Positions 15,883 through 24,315 of a stretch of 32,000 nt of DNA are shown piece by piece. The notes beneath the pieces were generated by a model. That model made no database searches. It was not told where the DNA came from and saw only the letters and a program-made list of their open reading frames with translations. The position numbers and the translations under genes are program-made. Numbering within the stretch: the first letter of the stretch is position 1; every line of letters begins with the position of its first letter. The stretch comes from Bdellovibrionales bacterium. Its GTDB lineage: Bacteria; Bdellovibrionota; Bdellovibrionia; Bdellovibrionales; UBA1609. The stretch is taken from positions 450,001 through 482,000 of the forward strand of contig OY843585.1 of assembly GCA_963692945.1 (NCBI GenBank). Reading direction: 5' to 3'.

Positions 15883-16893
15883 ATGAAACATTTTAAATAT
15901 ATAATTTTTTTACCAGCCTTATTGTTTTTAGTAAATTGTATTACACAGCCAGCAGATCCTGTTGTTCCAATTGTTACGAAACCAGCAAAATCAGCACCAG
16001 CACCTAGACCAGAATCTTATTATATTGAAAAAGCTAAGAGAGATTTAGATAAAGCAGAGACTTTAGCAAGAGCTAAAAATAAAAGAGATAGAGGTCCAAC
16101 TTGTGAAGGGGATGATGATTGTGAAGAAATCTGTGATGATATTTATAGAAGTCGTAGAGATCAAAACGATTGTGAAGAGTTCAGTGTTGCTCAAGTTGAA
16201 AGATTTGAAGAGATATATGAAATTTTAGAAGATCCCGATGAAGATGATCTTCAAGATATTGATGTATCTGAAGATGGAGACTTTGATGCTTTTATAAATA
16301 TAAGTATTGAGCCTTTACATAAACTAGTTGGAAAATACTCCTCAAGAGAGGCTAAAGACTTCTTAGCTTGGATTGCTAATAATGAAGATGTAGCTGAGCG
16401 TCTTGAAGATGAAGATGATGATTATGAAGTCCTTGATGCCCTTTTAGACGAATTAAATACTGAAGCTTTCACTGCTCTTGCAACTAATATTGATAGCAGT
16501 GATAACTTTATGGATCTTGCTGTTGTAGCGAGTAATGAAAAGGCTTTAGAGTGGATTCATGAATATCTTGAAAGTGAGCATGATAACTGTAGCAGTGATA
16601 CTAATACGAACAAAGAGGCATGTTTAACACACTATTGTGCCTTAGGAGCAGATATGGATGATGATAATGCGGAAGACTTACTAGGCGACTATGAATACTT
16701 TCAAGATTATATAGATGATATCATTTCAGATGAAATCTTTGGTGATACTAGTACTGCCGCAGATGGTGACACTCGAGAATCTGGCCACTGGGATGCTGAT
16801 GAAGACAGTGATAACTATATTGAAGAGTATGATGATATAGATGGTGATTGGTGGAGAGCTCCAACAAATACAGGCGGAGGTATCTGTCCATAA
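15883..16893 (+). CDS. Acidic Cys-signature lipoprotein, paralogue 2
   Basis: ATG at 15883 follows GGAGG (15872-15876). Signal is MKHFKYIIFLPALLFLVNC. Core motifs are CEGDDDCEEICDDIYRSRRDQNDC, LEDPDEDDLQDIDV, AKDFLAWIANNEDVA and a C-terminal WDADEDSDNYIEEYDDIDGDWW. Confidence 0.88.
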   Translation: MKHFKYIIFLPALLFLVNCITQPADPVVPIVTKPAKSAPAPRPESYYIEKAKRDLDKAETLARAKNKRDRGPTCEGDDDCEEICDDIYRSRRDQNDCEEFSVAQVERFEEIYEILEDPDEDDLQDIDVSEDGDFDAFINISIEPLHKLVGKYSSREAKDFLAWIANNEDVAERLEDEDDDYEVLDALLDELNTEAFTALATNIDSSDNFMDLAVVASNEKALEWIHEYLESEHDNCSSDTNTNKEACLTHYCALGADMDDDNAEDLLGDYEYFQDYIDDIISDEIFGDTSTAADGDTRESGHWDADEDSDNYIEEYDDIDGDWWRAPTNTGGGICP

Positions 16894-16915
16894 GATAATT
16901 ATCAATTTTAAATTT

Positions 16916-16950
16916 AAAAAGCCACTTTCAAAAGAAGTGGCTTTTTTTTT
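16916..16950 (+). terminator. Rho-independent terminator (bidirectional-looking)
   Basis: AAAAA-GCCACTT-tcaaaag-AAGTGGC-TTTTTTTTT lies immediately after the paralogue 2 stop. Confidence 0.75.
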
Positions 16951-17150
16951 AAACTCTAGTTCAATTTCCAAAACTCTAGTTCTACCCTTTTTACTTTTTG
17001 AGCTTTCATCGTAGGAGGGGATACTCTTCAACCTCAAAAAGTAAAAAGGGTATTCCTAGAGAAAAACTACTGGTTTTTGCATGAAGGGCTTTGTTCTTCA
17101 AAGCTCGTTAGAATAAGAGTAGGAAATATTTTTTTGAACTAGAGTTTTGT
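16951..17150. repeat. Composite of hairpin repeat modules
   Basis: AAACTCTAGTTC occurs twice. There is an 18-bp stem, CCCTTTTTACTTTTTGAG...CTCAAAAAGTAAAAAGGG, then CTAGAGAAAAACTACTGGTTTTTGC, with GAACTAGAGTTTTG at the end. The same modules occur inverted at 23458-23620. Confidence 0.8.
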
Positions 17151-17244
17151 AAAGCTAGACTAAAGTTTTATTTTTCTTTTTTTTGTCATAGGTTTAATTG
17201 TTGCAGGTTACTATGAAACATAGATTTTAAAGAGGAGAACTTTC

Positions 17245-18282
17245 ATGAGATATGTTTCGTTTCTATCCGTTTTTTTATTATTTGTGAATTGCACATCGGA
17301 ACCAACAAAAACAAAAGTTGTTCCTACACCAGAACCTAAATCAGACATTTATTATATTAAAAGAATTGAAAGAGATATAAATAGAAAATATGTTTTAGAT
17401 AAAGCCAAAGCGCAAGCAGGAAAAGTTTGTAAAGGTGATGAAGACTGTGAAGACATTTGTGATGATATTTATAGCAGTCGTAGAGAAAGAAATGATTGCG
17501 AAGAGTTAAGCATTACTCAAGTTAATAGATTTGAAGGGATATATGAAACTTTAGAAGATTCCGATGAAGATGATCTTCAAGATATTGATGTTTCTAAAGA
17601 TGGAGACTTTGATGTTTTTATAAATGTAAGTATTGAACCTTTACATAAATTGGTTGGAAAATACTCCTCAAGAGAGGCTAAAGATTTTTTAGCTTGGATT
17701 GCTAATAATAAAGATGTAGCTGAACTTCTTGAAAACGAAGATGATGATTATGAAGTTTTAGAAAGGCTTCTTGGTCGTTTGGGTGCTTCTGATAATCTCT
17801 TTGAAGCTCTTAAAAAAAATCTTGATGGTGGAGACACTTTTATAGATCTTGCTGTTACAGCAGATAATGAAGTGGCTTTAGAGTGGATTTATGAATATCT
17901 TGAAGAAAAAGATTCTAACTGTAAATTAGATACTGATGCAGGTAGAGAAGCTTGTTTAGAATCTTATTGTGGATTAGCAGGAGATATAGAAGATGACAAT
18001 GCTAACCATTTACTAGGTTATGATTTTTTTGAAGGTTATATAGAAGATATTATTGAAGATAAAATCAATGCTGATCCGGATACAAATGATGGTGCTGAAA
18101 CACCGGATTGTAATATTCCTCTTTCGAACCCGGTAACTCTAACTTATACAATTGCTACTTGTCCTAGTGGTGTTTGTGAGATTTCTGGTTGTAATGGTAG
18201 AGCATGGGATGCTGACCCAAATAGTGATAACCAAATTGAAGATATAGATGATTTAGATGATTGGTGGACAGATCTTTGTTAG
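17245..18282 (+). CDS. Acidic Cys-signature lipoprotein, paralogue 3
   Basis: RBS GAGGAG. Signal is MRYVSFLSVFLLFVNC and core is CKGDEDCEDICDDIYSSRRERNDC. It carries a unique Cys-rich insert (TPDCNIPLS...CPSGVCEISGCNG) and ends WWTDLC. Confidence 0.88.
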   Translation: MRYVSFLSVFLLFVNCTSEPTKTKVVPTPEPKSDIYYIKRIERDINRKYVLDKAKAQAGKVCKGDEDCEDICDDIYSSRRERNDCEELSITQVNRFEGIYETLEDSDEDDLQDIDVSKDGDFDVFINVSIEPLHKLVGKYSSREAKDFLAWIANNKDVAELLENEDDDYEVLERLLGRLGASDNLFEALKKNLDGGDTFIDLAVTADNEVALEWIYEYLEEKDSNCKLDTDAGREACLESYCGLAGDIEDDNANHLLGYDFFEGYIEDIIEDKINADPDTNDGAETPDCNIPLSNPVTLTYTIATCPSGVCEISGCNGRAWDADPNSDNQIEDIDDLDDWWTDLC

Positions 18283-18307
18283 TAAAATTAAAAACCGGAG
18301 GTTATTT

Positions 18308-19249
18308 ATGAAATATTTAAAGTATATAATTTTTTTACCAGTTTGTTTATTTGTTGTGAATTGTGTCCAACAAATACCGCCTGTTGCTCCTACTAAATCA
18401 GATACTTATTATGATACAAGAAATCAAGATGATGATGACAGAGATGAAATTTTAAGACTGGCTATAGAAGCTGGGGGAAAAGCTTGTAGCACAGATGATG
18501 ATTGTAGAGATGATTGTAGAGATATTTACAGTCGTCGTAAAGAAAAAAATGAGTGTGAAGAGTTAAGCATTACTCAAGTTGATAGACTTAAAACCATTTA
18601 TGAAACTTTAGAAGATCCGGATGAAGATGATCTTTTAGAAATTGATGTTACTAAAAATGGAGACTTTGATATTTTTATAAATATTGATATTAAGCCTCTA
18701 CATGATGCGGTTGGAAAATATAAAAAAGGAGAAGCTGGGGATGTTTTGGCTTGGATTGCTAAACACACAGAAGTGGCTACTATTTTTTCAAAAGAAGATA
18801 ATGATTACGAAGTCTTAAGTCGTTTGCTTAAGAAGCTGGATTCTAACACATTTACAGCACTTGGAACTCGTATTGAAAGCAGGAAAAATTTTATGGATCT
18901 TGCTGTTGTAGCAAGTAATGAAGCGGCTTTAGAGTGGATTTTTGAATACATTGAAGAAACAGACAATGACTGTAAAGAAAGTGATGATTCTAACAGGGAA
19001 GATTGTTTAGAATCTTATTGTGGCTTAGCAGAAGATATGGATGAAGATAATGCAGATGGATTATTAGATTATGATTTTTTTAGTGGGCTCATAGAAGATT
19101 TTATTGAAGATGGAATCAATGGTGATGATGATACAAGTAATGGTGATGACAGACCTGGTTCTGGTAAAGCGTGGGACGCTGATCCTGGAAGTGATAGTCG
19201 TTTTGAAGACATTGATGATTTAAATGAATGGTGGACAGATCTTTGTTAA
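18308..19249 (+). CDS. Acidic Cys-signature lipoprotein, paralogue 4
   Basis: ATG at 18308 follows CCGGAGG. Signal is MKYLKYIIFLPVCLFVVNC and core is CSTDDDCRDDCRDIYSRRKEKNEC. It ends WWTDLC. Confidence 0.88.
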   Translation: MKYLKYIIFLPVCLFVVNCVQQIPPVAPTKSDTYYDTRNQDDDDRDEILRLAIEAGGKACSTDDDCRDDCRDIYSRRKEKNECEELSITQVDRLKTIYETLEDPDEDDLLEIDVTKNGDFDIFINIDIKPLHDAVGKYKKGEAGDVLAWIAKHTEVATIFSKEDNDYEVLSRLLKKLDSNTFTALGTRIESRKNFMDLAVVASNEAALEWIFEYIEETDNDCKESDDSNREDCLESYCGLAEDMDEDNADGLLDYDFFSGLIEDFIEDGINGDDDTSNGDDRPGSGKAWDADPGSDSRFEDIDDLNEWWTDLC

Positions 19250-19321
19250 AATATTGGAAAAAAAGGATTTATAAAATTTTAAAAGTAACTTAATCAACGA
19301 AAAGAAAAATGGAGGTTTTTT

Positions 19322-20344
19322 ATGAAACATTTTAAATATATAATTTTTTTACCAGCCTTATTGTTTGTGGTAAATTGTACTACGCAACCAGTAGCTCCTA
19401 TTGTTGAAAAAAAAGCACCAGTCCCAGCACCTAAACCAGAATCTTATTATATTGAAAAAGCTAAGAGAGATTTAGATAAAGCAGACACTATAGAAAGAGG
19501 TAAAAAGAAAAGAGATAGAGGTCCAATTTGTGAAGGGGATGATGATTGTGAAGAAATCTGTGATGATATTTATAACAGTCGTAGAGACAGAAATGATTGT
19601 GAAGAGTTAAGTGTTGCTCAAGTGGAAAGGTTTGAAGAGATGTATGAAATTTTAGAAGATCCTGATGAAGATGATCTTCAAGATATTGATATGTCTGATG
19701 CTGGAGACTTTGATGTTTTTATAAATATAAGTATTGAACCTCTACATAAATTGGTTGGAAAATACAATACAAGAGAGGCTAAAGACTTTTTGGCTTGGAT
19801 TGCTGGAGATGAAGATGTAGCTGAAATTCTTGAAGATGAAGATGATGATTATGAAGTTCTTGATACTCTTTTAGACGAATTAAATACGGATGCTTTCCTT
19901 GCTCTTGCAGTTAATATTGATAGCAGTGATAACTTTATGGATCTTGCTGTTGTAGCGGGTAATGAAAAGGCTTTAGAGTGGATTCATGATTATCTTGAAA
20001 GTGAGCATGATGACTGTAAATTAGAAACTAATGCAGGAAAACATAATTGTTTAGTAGGCTATTGTGCCTTAGGAGTAGCTATGCAGGATCGTAATGCGGA
20101 AGACTTACTAGATAACCATGAATACTTTCAAGATTATATAGATGATCTTATTTCAGATAAAATCAATGGTGATGATACTATTGTCGGAGAGGGTGAAACT
20201 CGTACAACAACCAAATGGGATGCTGATGAAGACAGTCCTAACCAAATTGAAGAGTATGATGATTTAAATGAATGGTGGACAGGTCCAGCCGACGAAAAGG
20301 GTGAGGGTGGTTTCTGCACAACAGTTGAAGCAAGCAGAAGCTAA
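19322..20344 (+). CDS. Acidic Cys-signature lipoprotein, paralogue 5
   Basis: RBS GGAGG. Signal is MKHFKYIIFLPALLFVVNC and core is CEGDDDCEEICDDIYNSRRDRNDC. The 5' UTR and signal region are nearly identical to paralogue 2. Confidence 0.88.
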   Translation: MKHFKYIIFLPALLFVVNCTTQPVAPIVEKKAPVPAPKPESYYIEKAKRDLDKADTIERGKKKRDRGPICEGDDDCEEICDDIYNSRRDRNDCEELSVAQVERFEEMYEILEDPDEDDLQDIDMSDAGDFDVFINISIEPLHKLVGKYNTREAKDFLAWIAGDEDVAEILEDEDDDYEVLDTLLDELNTDAFLALAVNIDSSDNFMDLAVVAGNEKALEWIHDYLESEHDDCKLETNAGKHNCLVGYCALGVAMQDRNAEDLLDNHEYFQDYIDDLISDKINGDDTIVGEGETRTTTKWDADEDSPNQIEEYDDLNEWWTGPADEKGEGGFCTTVEASRS

Positions 20345-20420
20345 CGATTTTGATAAGTCAGTTACTATAAAAAATAAACCTCATAATAAAGAGGTGAATC
20401 ATTTTATAAATCTATAAACT

Positions 20421-21242
20421 ATGAAGTTGTTATTCTATTTTCTAATCTCCTTTTTCTTAATGTCTTGTGAAGATAATTTTGAGGAGAGGTTTAATTCTTT
20501 AGGAGATGGAAAGACTTCTTCAGAATTTTATCTTTCCTACAGGCAGCGGCATCCAACCAGAGCAAAATTTTTAACAGAAGCTGCAGTCTTGTATAATAAA
20601 AATGAGGTTTGTAAAGATTTAAAGGCTTGTTCCAATCTGTGTGGAAAATTATTTCAATATGATTTTGACCAAAAAGATTGTAGAGATTTACCTGTTTCTT
20701 TAGTAAACAGATTTAATTTTATTTATAAAACTTTTGAAAATAAGAATTTCAAAGCCCTTCCAACATTCAATCTGTTTGATCTCAAAATTTTTCTAAGCTT
20801 TAGTCTAGAACCTTCGGTTAGATTGTTTAGTAAACTGGGTTCATTGACTGCAAAAGGCTTTTTAAAGCAACTGGCTTCCAATTGGGATATAGCCCAGATC
20901 TTTATTCAGGAAGATCTAGACTTTATTTTGTTAGAAACTCTATTAAATGAAATTGGAAATGAACCGATAAAGGCTTTAGGAGAAACTATAGAGAGTGGAG
21001 CCTCTTTTCAAGAAATTGCTTTATTCAAACAAAATGATTTTGCAATTTCTTTTATTCATAATTTTTTTAAAAAATTATGTAATAATGAAGAAAGATGTAT
21101 TTTAAATCATTACTGTTTGGTTTCTAAGGGTTGGGATAAAAAGACTTTAATTGAATTAAGTCATTTTAAAAGTTTGAAGGAGATTTTACAAAAACATAGA
21201 GGACAAAATGATACATTACAATCTCTTTGTCCTATCTTGTAA
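20421..21242 (+). CDS. Cys-signature lipoprotein, paralogue 6 (divergent, not acidic)
   Basis: Signal is MKLLFYFLISFFLMSC. It has the same Cys spacing (CKDLKACSNLCGKLFQYDFDQKDC) and colinear motifs (FLSFSLEP, AKGFLKQLASNWDIAQIF, CNNEERCILNHYC). The RBS is weak. Confidence 0.78.
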   Translation: MKLLFYFLISFFLMSCEDNFEERFNSLGDGKTSSEFYLSYRQRHPTRAKFLTEAAVLYNKNEVCKDLKACSNLCGKLFQYDFDQKDCRDLPVSLVNRFNFIYKTFENKNFKALPTFNLFDLKIFLSFSLEPSVRLFSKLGSLTAKGFLKQLASNWDIAQIFIQEDLDFILLETLLNEIGNEPIKALGETIESGASFQEIALFKQNDFAISFIHNFFKKLCNNEERCILNHYCLVSKGWDKKTLIELSHFKSLKEILQKHRGQNDTLQSLCPIL

Positions 21243-21255
21243 AAAGGAGTTTATT

Positions 21256-22356
21256 ATGTGGAAAATATTTCAATGGTCACTGATTCTTTTTTGTATGCTT
21301 TTGTTGAGCTGTGGAGAGCAACAAAATAGTAGTGTTACAAAGGAAACTCCAGTAGATCCAGCTCCAGCTGTTGAAAAAGTTGTTACAGATGATCAGCTAG
21401 AAAAATCGGAAAAGAAAGTTGAATCAGAAAGAAGGCGGCTTAAACAAAATTTAGTTTTAAAAACAGATGTAGATGATCGTTACTCAACAACTAATTCATC
21501 TTCTTCTTTTACTGGTAACAGAGAATGTGGTGATTATGATGATTGTCGTGTCATTTGTGATCGTATCAAGAGAAATAACAGCCGTTGCTTTTCATACTCT
21601 TACAATATTGTTGAAGATATGGAACAAGCTTTACTCACCATAAGAAATATTGATGAAGTCAATCGTGTAGATATTGATCCTTATATTTTTGAAGCTATAT
21701 TGACACTTGGAACATCGGTCCTTTCTGATTTAATAGAAGATACAATGAGTGAAGGAGATTTAAAAAGTTTTTTAGCTTGGGTCGCTCTTAATGAGGATAT
21801 TGCTAGAGTGTTAAGCAATAAAGATCGCTCTGGTAAAATTTTGGAAAAAGCTTTTGATGAATTAGGTCGGCTTCAAGATGGAGTAACAAAACATTATGAA
21901 TTTATAGGATTAAACACAGGTTTAATTACAGACGATGACACTTTCTTTTATTTAGCTTCTGATGAAGACAATGAAAAAGCTTTTGCAATGGCTTATGATA
22001 TTTTAAACTCTGGTTCTTGTAGGAGTATAACTTGCCAACAGCAGATTTTATGTGCAAGGGAGCATCGTAGTCGTAGTAGATCTTCGCGTCGTCTCTTTGG
22101 TAACACAAGGGGGATTTCTCTTTGTAGAACTTCTTCCGAAGCGAGAAGAAGCTCTAGATCATCAAACACTTGTTATGTCCATGGAAGTTCTGTTTGGAGT
22201 TATCTTTATGATTTGATAGATGATAAAGAAATAAGAAGAGCACCATCTGAGTTCAGGGTAAAACCTTTAGGGGTGAAAAGGTGTAATGATGTTTGTGGAC
22301 GAACTTCTAGTAAAAATCAAAAATGTAGTTTATTTAATCCAGAGGAACTTAGGTAA
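21256..22356 (+). CDS. Cys-signature lipoprotein, paralogue 7 (divergent, Arg/Ser-rich basic C-terminus)
   Basis: ATG at 21256 follows AAGGAG. Signal is MWKIFQWSLILFCMLLLSC, with CGDYDDCRVICDRIKRNNSRC and LKSFLAWVALNEDIARVL. The C-terminal tail is HRSRSRSSRR...RRSSRSS. Confidence 0.82.
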   Translation: MWKIFQWSLILFCMLLLSCGEQQNSSVTKETPVDPAPAVEKVVTDDQLEKSEKKVESERRRLKQNLVLKTDVDDRYSTTNSSSSFTGNRECGDYDDCRVICDRIKRNNSRCFSYSYNIVEDMEQALLTIRNIDEVNRVDIDPYIFEAILTLGTSVLSDLIEDTMSEGDLKSFLAWVALNEDIARVLSNKDRSGKILEKAFDELGRLQDGVTKHYEFIGLNTGLITDDDTFFYLASDEDNEKAFAMAYDILNSGSCRSITCQQQILCAREHRSRSRSSRRLFGNTRGISLCRTSSEARRSSRSSNTCYVHGSSVWSYLYDLIDDKEIRRAPSEFRVKPLGVKRCNDVCGRTSSKNQKCSLFNPEELR

Positions 22357-22368
22357 TAGGAGGATCTT

Positions 22369-23196
22369 ATGAAGATTTTTAAAATTGTAACAACAATAAT
22401 AATTGGTTTTATATTTTTGTCTTGTATACAGGGAAGGCGACCAGTTGATTTTTCTACTATATTTGCAGCTTCTACTGGTGAGTCTAGTGCTAAAACTTCT
22501 AAAAGGAGAAGTTCTTCTAAAAGAGTAAGAAGCTCCTGTGTTGATGATGAGGATTGTGAAGACATTTGTGAAGATATTTATGACGATGATGACGATGATG
22601 GTGATGGAGTGATTGAAAGATGTCTTAAATTATCTAAGAAAACCATTGGTCATTTTGATACCATTATAGATTATTTGTCTGACCCTACATTGAGAAATGT
22701 GAGGACGGTTAAAGAAGAATACAGCGATGAATTTGAAGATTTAATAAATGTTTCTTTATCTCCTTGGATAGATGTTGCTGATAGTGTGAGTCCGACAGAA
22801 GCTGAAGCTTTATTAACTTTTATAGCTTCATCTGATGTGATTGCATCGGCTTTAAAAAAGGGTTCAAGAAATTATGAAGGTTATGATAAATATGAAGGAA
22901 TTAAAGAACTCTTAACAGAAGCTCGTGGAAGTGTTAATGCTGAGATCTCACGTGCTGGAGGTGGTGGGGATACTTCTACATACACTATTGTAACCCCCAG
23001 TAAATGTAATACGTTTTATTACGCTCTTTGTGAGTTAGGCATTTCTGGAAGTGATACTTTTAGTGAGATAGCTGTGACTGAGGAAAATACACATGCTACA
23101 AGTATAAGAGATTCTATTTTACTCGCTGCTTGTGATACAGATATTAGTCGTTGGGTAGTTCTTACTAATAATAGTGATAGTTGTTATAGAGACTAA
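22369..23196 (+). CDS. Acidic Cys-signature lipoprotein, paralogue 8 (divergent)
   Basis: RBS AGGAGG. Signal is MKIFKIVTTIIIGFIFLSC, with CVDDEDCEDICEDIYDDDDDDGDGVIERC, LINVSLSP and AEALLTFIASSDVIASAL. Confidence 0.82.
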   Translation: MKIFKIVTTIIIGFIFLSCIQGRRPVDFSTIFAASTGESSAKTSKRRSSSKRVRSSCVDDEDCEDICEDIYDDDDDDGDGVIERCLKLSKKTIGHFDTIIDYLSDPTLRNVRTVKEEYSDEFEDLINVSLSPWIDVADSVSPTEAEALLTFIASSDVIASALKKGSRNYEGYDKYEGIKELLTEARGSVNAEISRAGGGGDTSTYTIVTPSKCNTFYYALCELGISGSDTFSEIAVTEENTHATSIRDSILLAACDTDISRWVVLTNNSDSCYRD

Positions 23197-23200
23197 CTCC

Positions 23201-23690
23201 TAGTTCGTAATTTTCTTATGGCTGAAAAATTCTAGAAAATGATTCTGCGAAAAGTCAGTGAAGAGAAAAACCATGTTTTTCTCTATGAATGAGCTTTTGC
23301 AAAAACCAACATGTTTTCTCTAGATTCGCAATTTTCTTATGATGGCTGAAAAATTCTAGAAAATGATTCTGCGAAAAGTCAGTGAAGCGAAAAACCATGT
23401 TTTTCTCTATGAACAAGCTTTTGCAAAAACCAGCAGGTTTTCTCTAGTTCCATTTCCAAAACTCTAGTTCAATCTTTTATTTTAACGAGATTTGAAGAAC
23501 AAAGCCCTTCATGCGAAAAACAGTAGTTTTTCTCTAGGAATACCCTTTTTACTTTTTGAGGTTGAAGAGTATCCCCTCCTACGATGAAAGCTCAAAAAGT
23601 AAAAAGGGAAGCACTAGAGTTTTGTAAAAGAGTGTCCTTCTTACGATGAAAGCTCAAAAAGTAAAAAGGGAAGCACTAGAGTTTTGGAAA
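23201..23690. repeat. Largest repeat field: about 120-bp tandem duplication (23201-23320, 23321-23443) followed by hairpin modules
   Basis: The two tandem units are near-identical and each contains two GCAAAAACC..GTTTTCTCTAG-type motifs. Then come CAAAACTCTAGTTC, the 18-bp-stem hairpin (inverted copy of 16985-17055) and a partial duplicate of it. Confidence 0.85.
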
Positions 23691-23694
23691 TTAA

Positions 23695-24185
23695 GAGTTT
23701 TGTCCGGTATTCGTGAGTAATACAAAAAAGTTGTGAAAAAAACTGCTTTTAGAAGTTATATGGAGCAATAATATTTGCTTTAATAATGAGTGAAAGTCTT
23801 TTGGATGGAATTTTTTTACAATCTATGTTAAGATATTCTTGTTCAAAAATGATTTTTTATAAAAACAATAGTGCGACTAAAAATAGGGAGAAAAAATGAT
23901 GAACGCCAATGCTTTAGGACAAAATGAAATTCTTTTTGAAATAAAAAAGTTATCTACACAAATGCAAACATTAGATTCAAAGATAGAAAATCTAGATTCA
24001 AAGATAGATACAAAGATAGATGGATTATCTGCAAGAATAGATAGATTGGATGAAAAGGTGGTTGATTTAGATGTTAAGGTAGATAAATTAGATACAACAG
24101 TAAATGCAAGAATAGATAAATTAGATGAAAAAGTAGATACAAGGATAGATAAATTAGATGAAAAAGTAGAGGGTCTTAAAACCGA
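23695..24185. repeat. Right arm of large inverted repeat (partner 15055-15566)
   Basis: See the left arm. The 90-nt perfect match is at 23784-23873. Similarity ends right after CTTAAAACCGA (24185 / 15055). Confidence 0.85.
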
Positions 24186-24309
24186 TCATGCTGAACTCAG
24201 TGCAAGTGTGGTTAGTATAAAGTATTATCAAAAAGTTTCTACATGGCTTATTACTTTGCTTCTCCCTACATTTATGGGTATTGCTGTTGCAGTCATTAAA
24301 TATGTTTAA
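23896..24309 (+). CDS. Tail-anchored coiled-coil repeat protein (IDKLDEKVD repeats plus C-terminal TM)
   Basis: The N-terminus MMNANALGQNEILFEIKKLSTQMQTL is shared with 15036-15365. It has repeats of (I/V)DxLDxK(V/I) and a C-terminal TM, TWLITLLLPTFMGIAVAVIKYV. Confidence 0.8.
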   Translation: MMNANALGQNEILFEIKKLSTQMQTLDSKIENLDSKIDTKIDGLSARIDRLDEKVVDLDVKVDKLDTTVNARIDKLDEKVDTRIDKLDEKVEGLKTDHAELSASVVSIKYYQKVSTWLITLLLPTFMGIAVAVIKYV

Positions 24310-24315
24310 ATCCTA

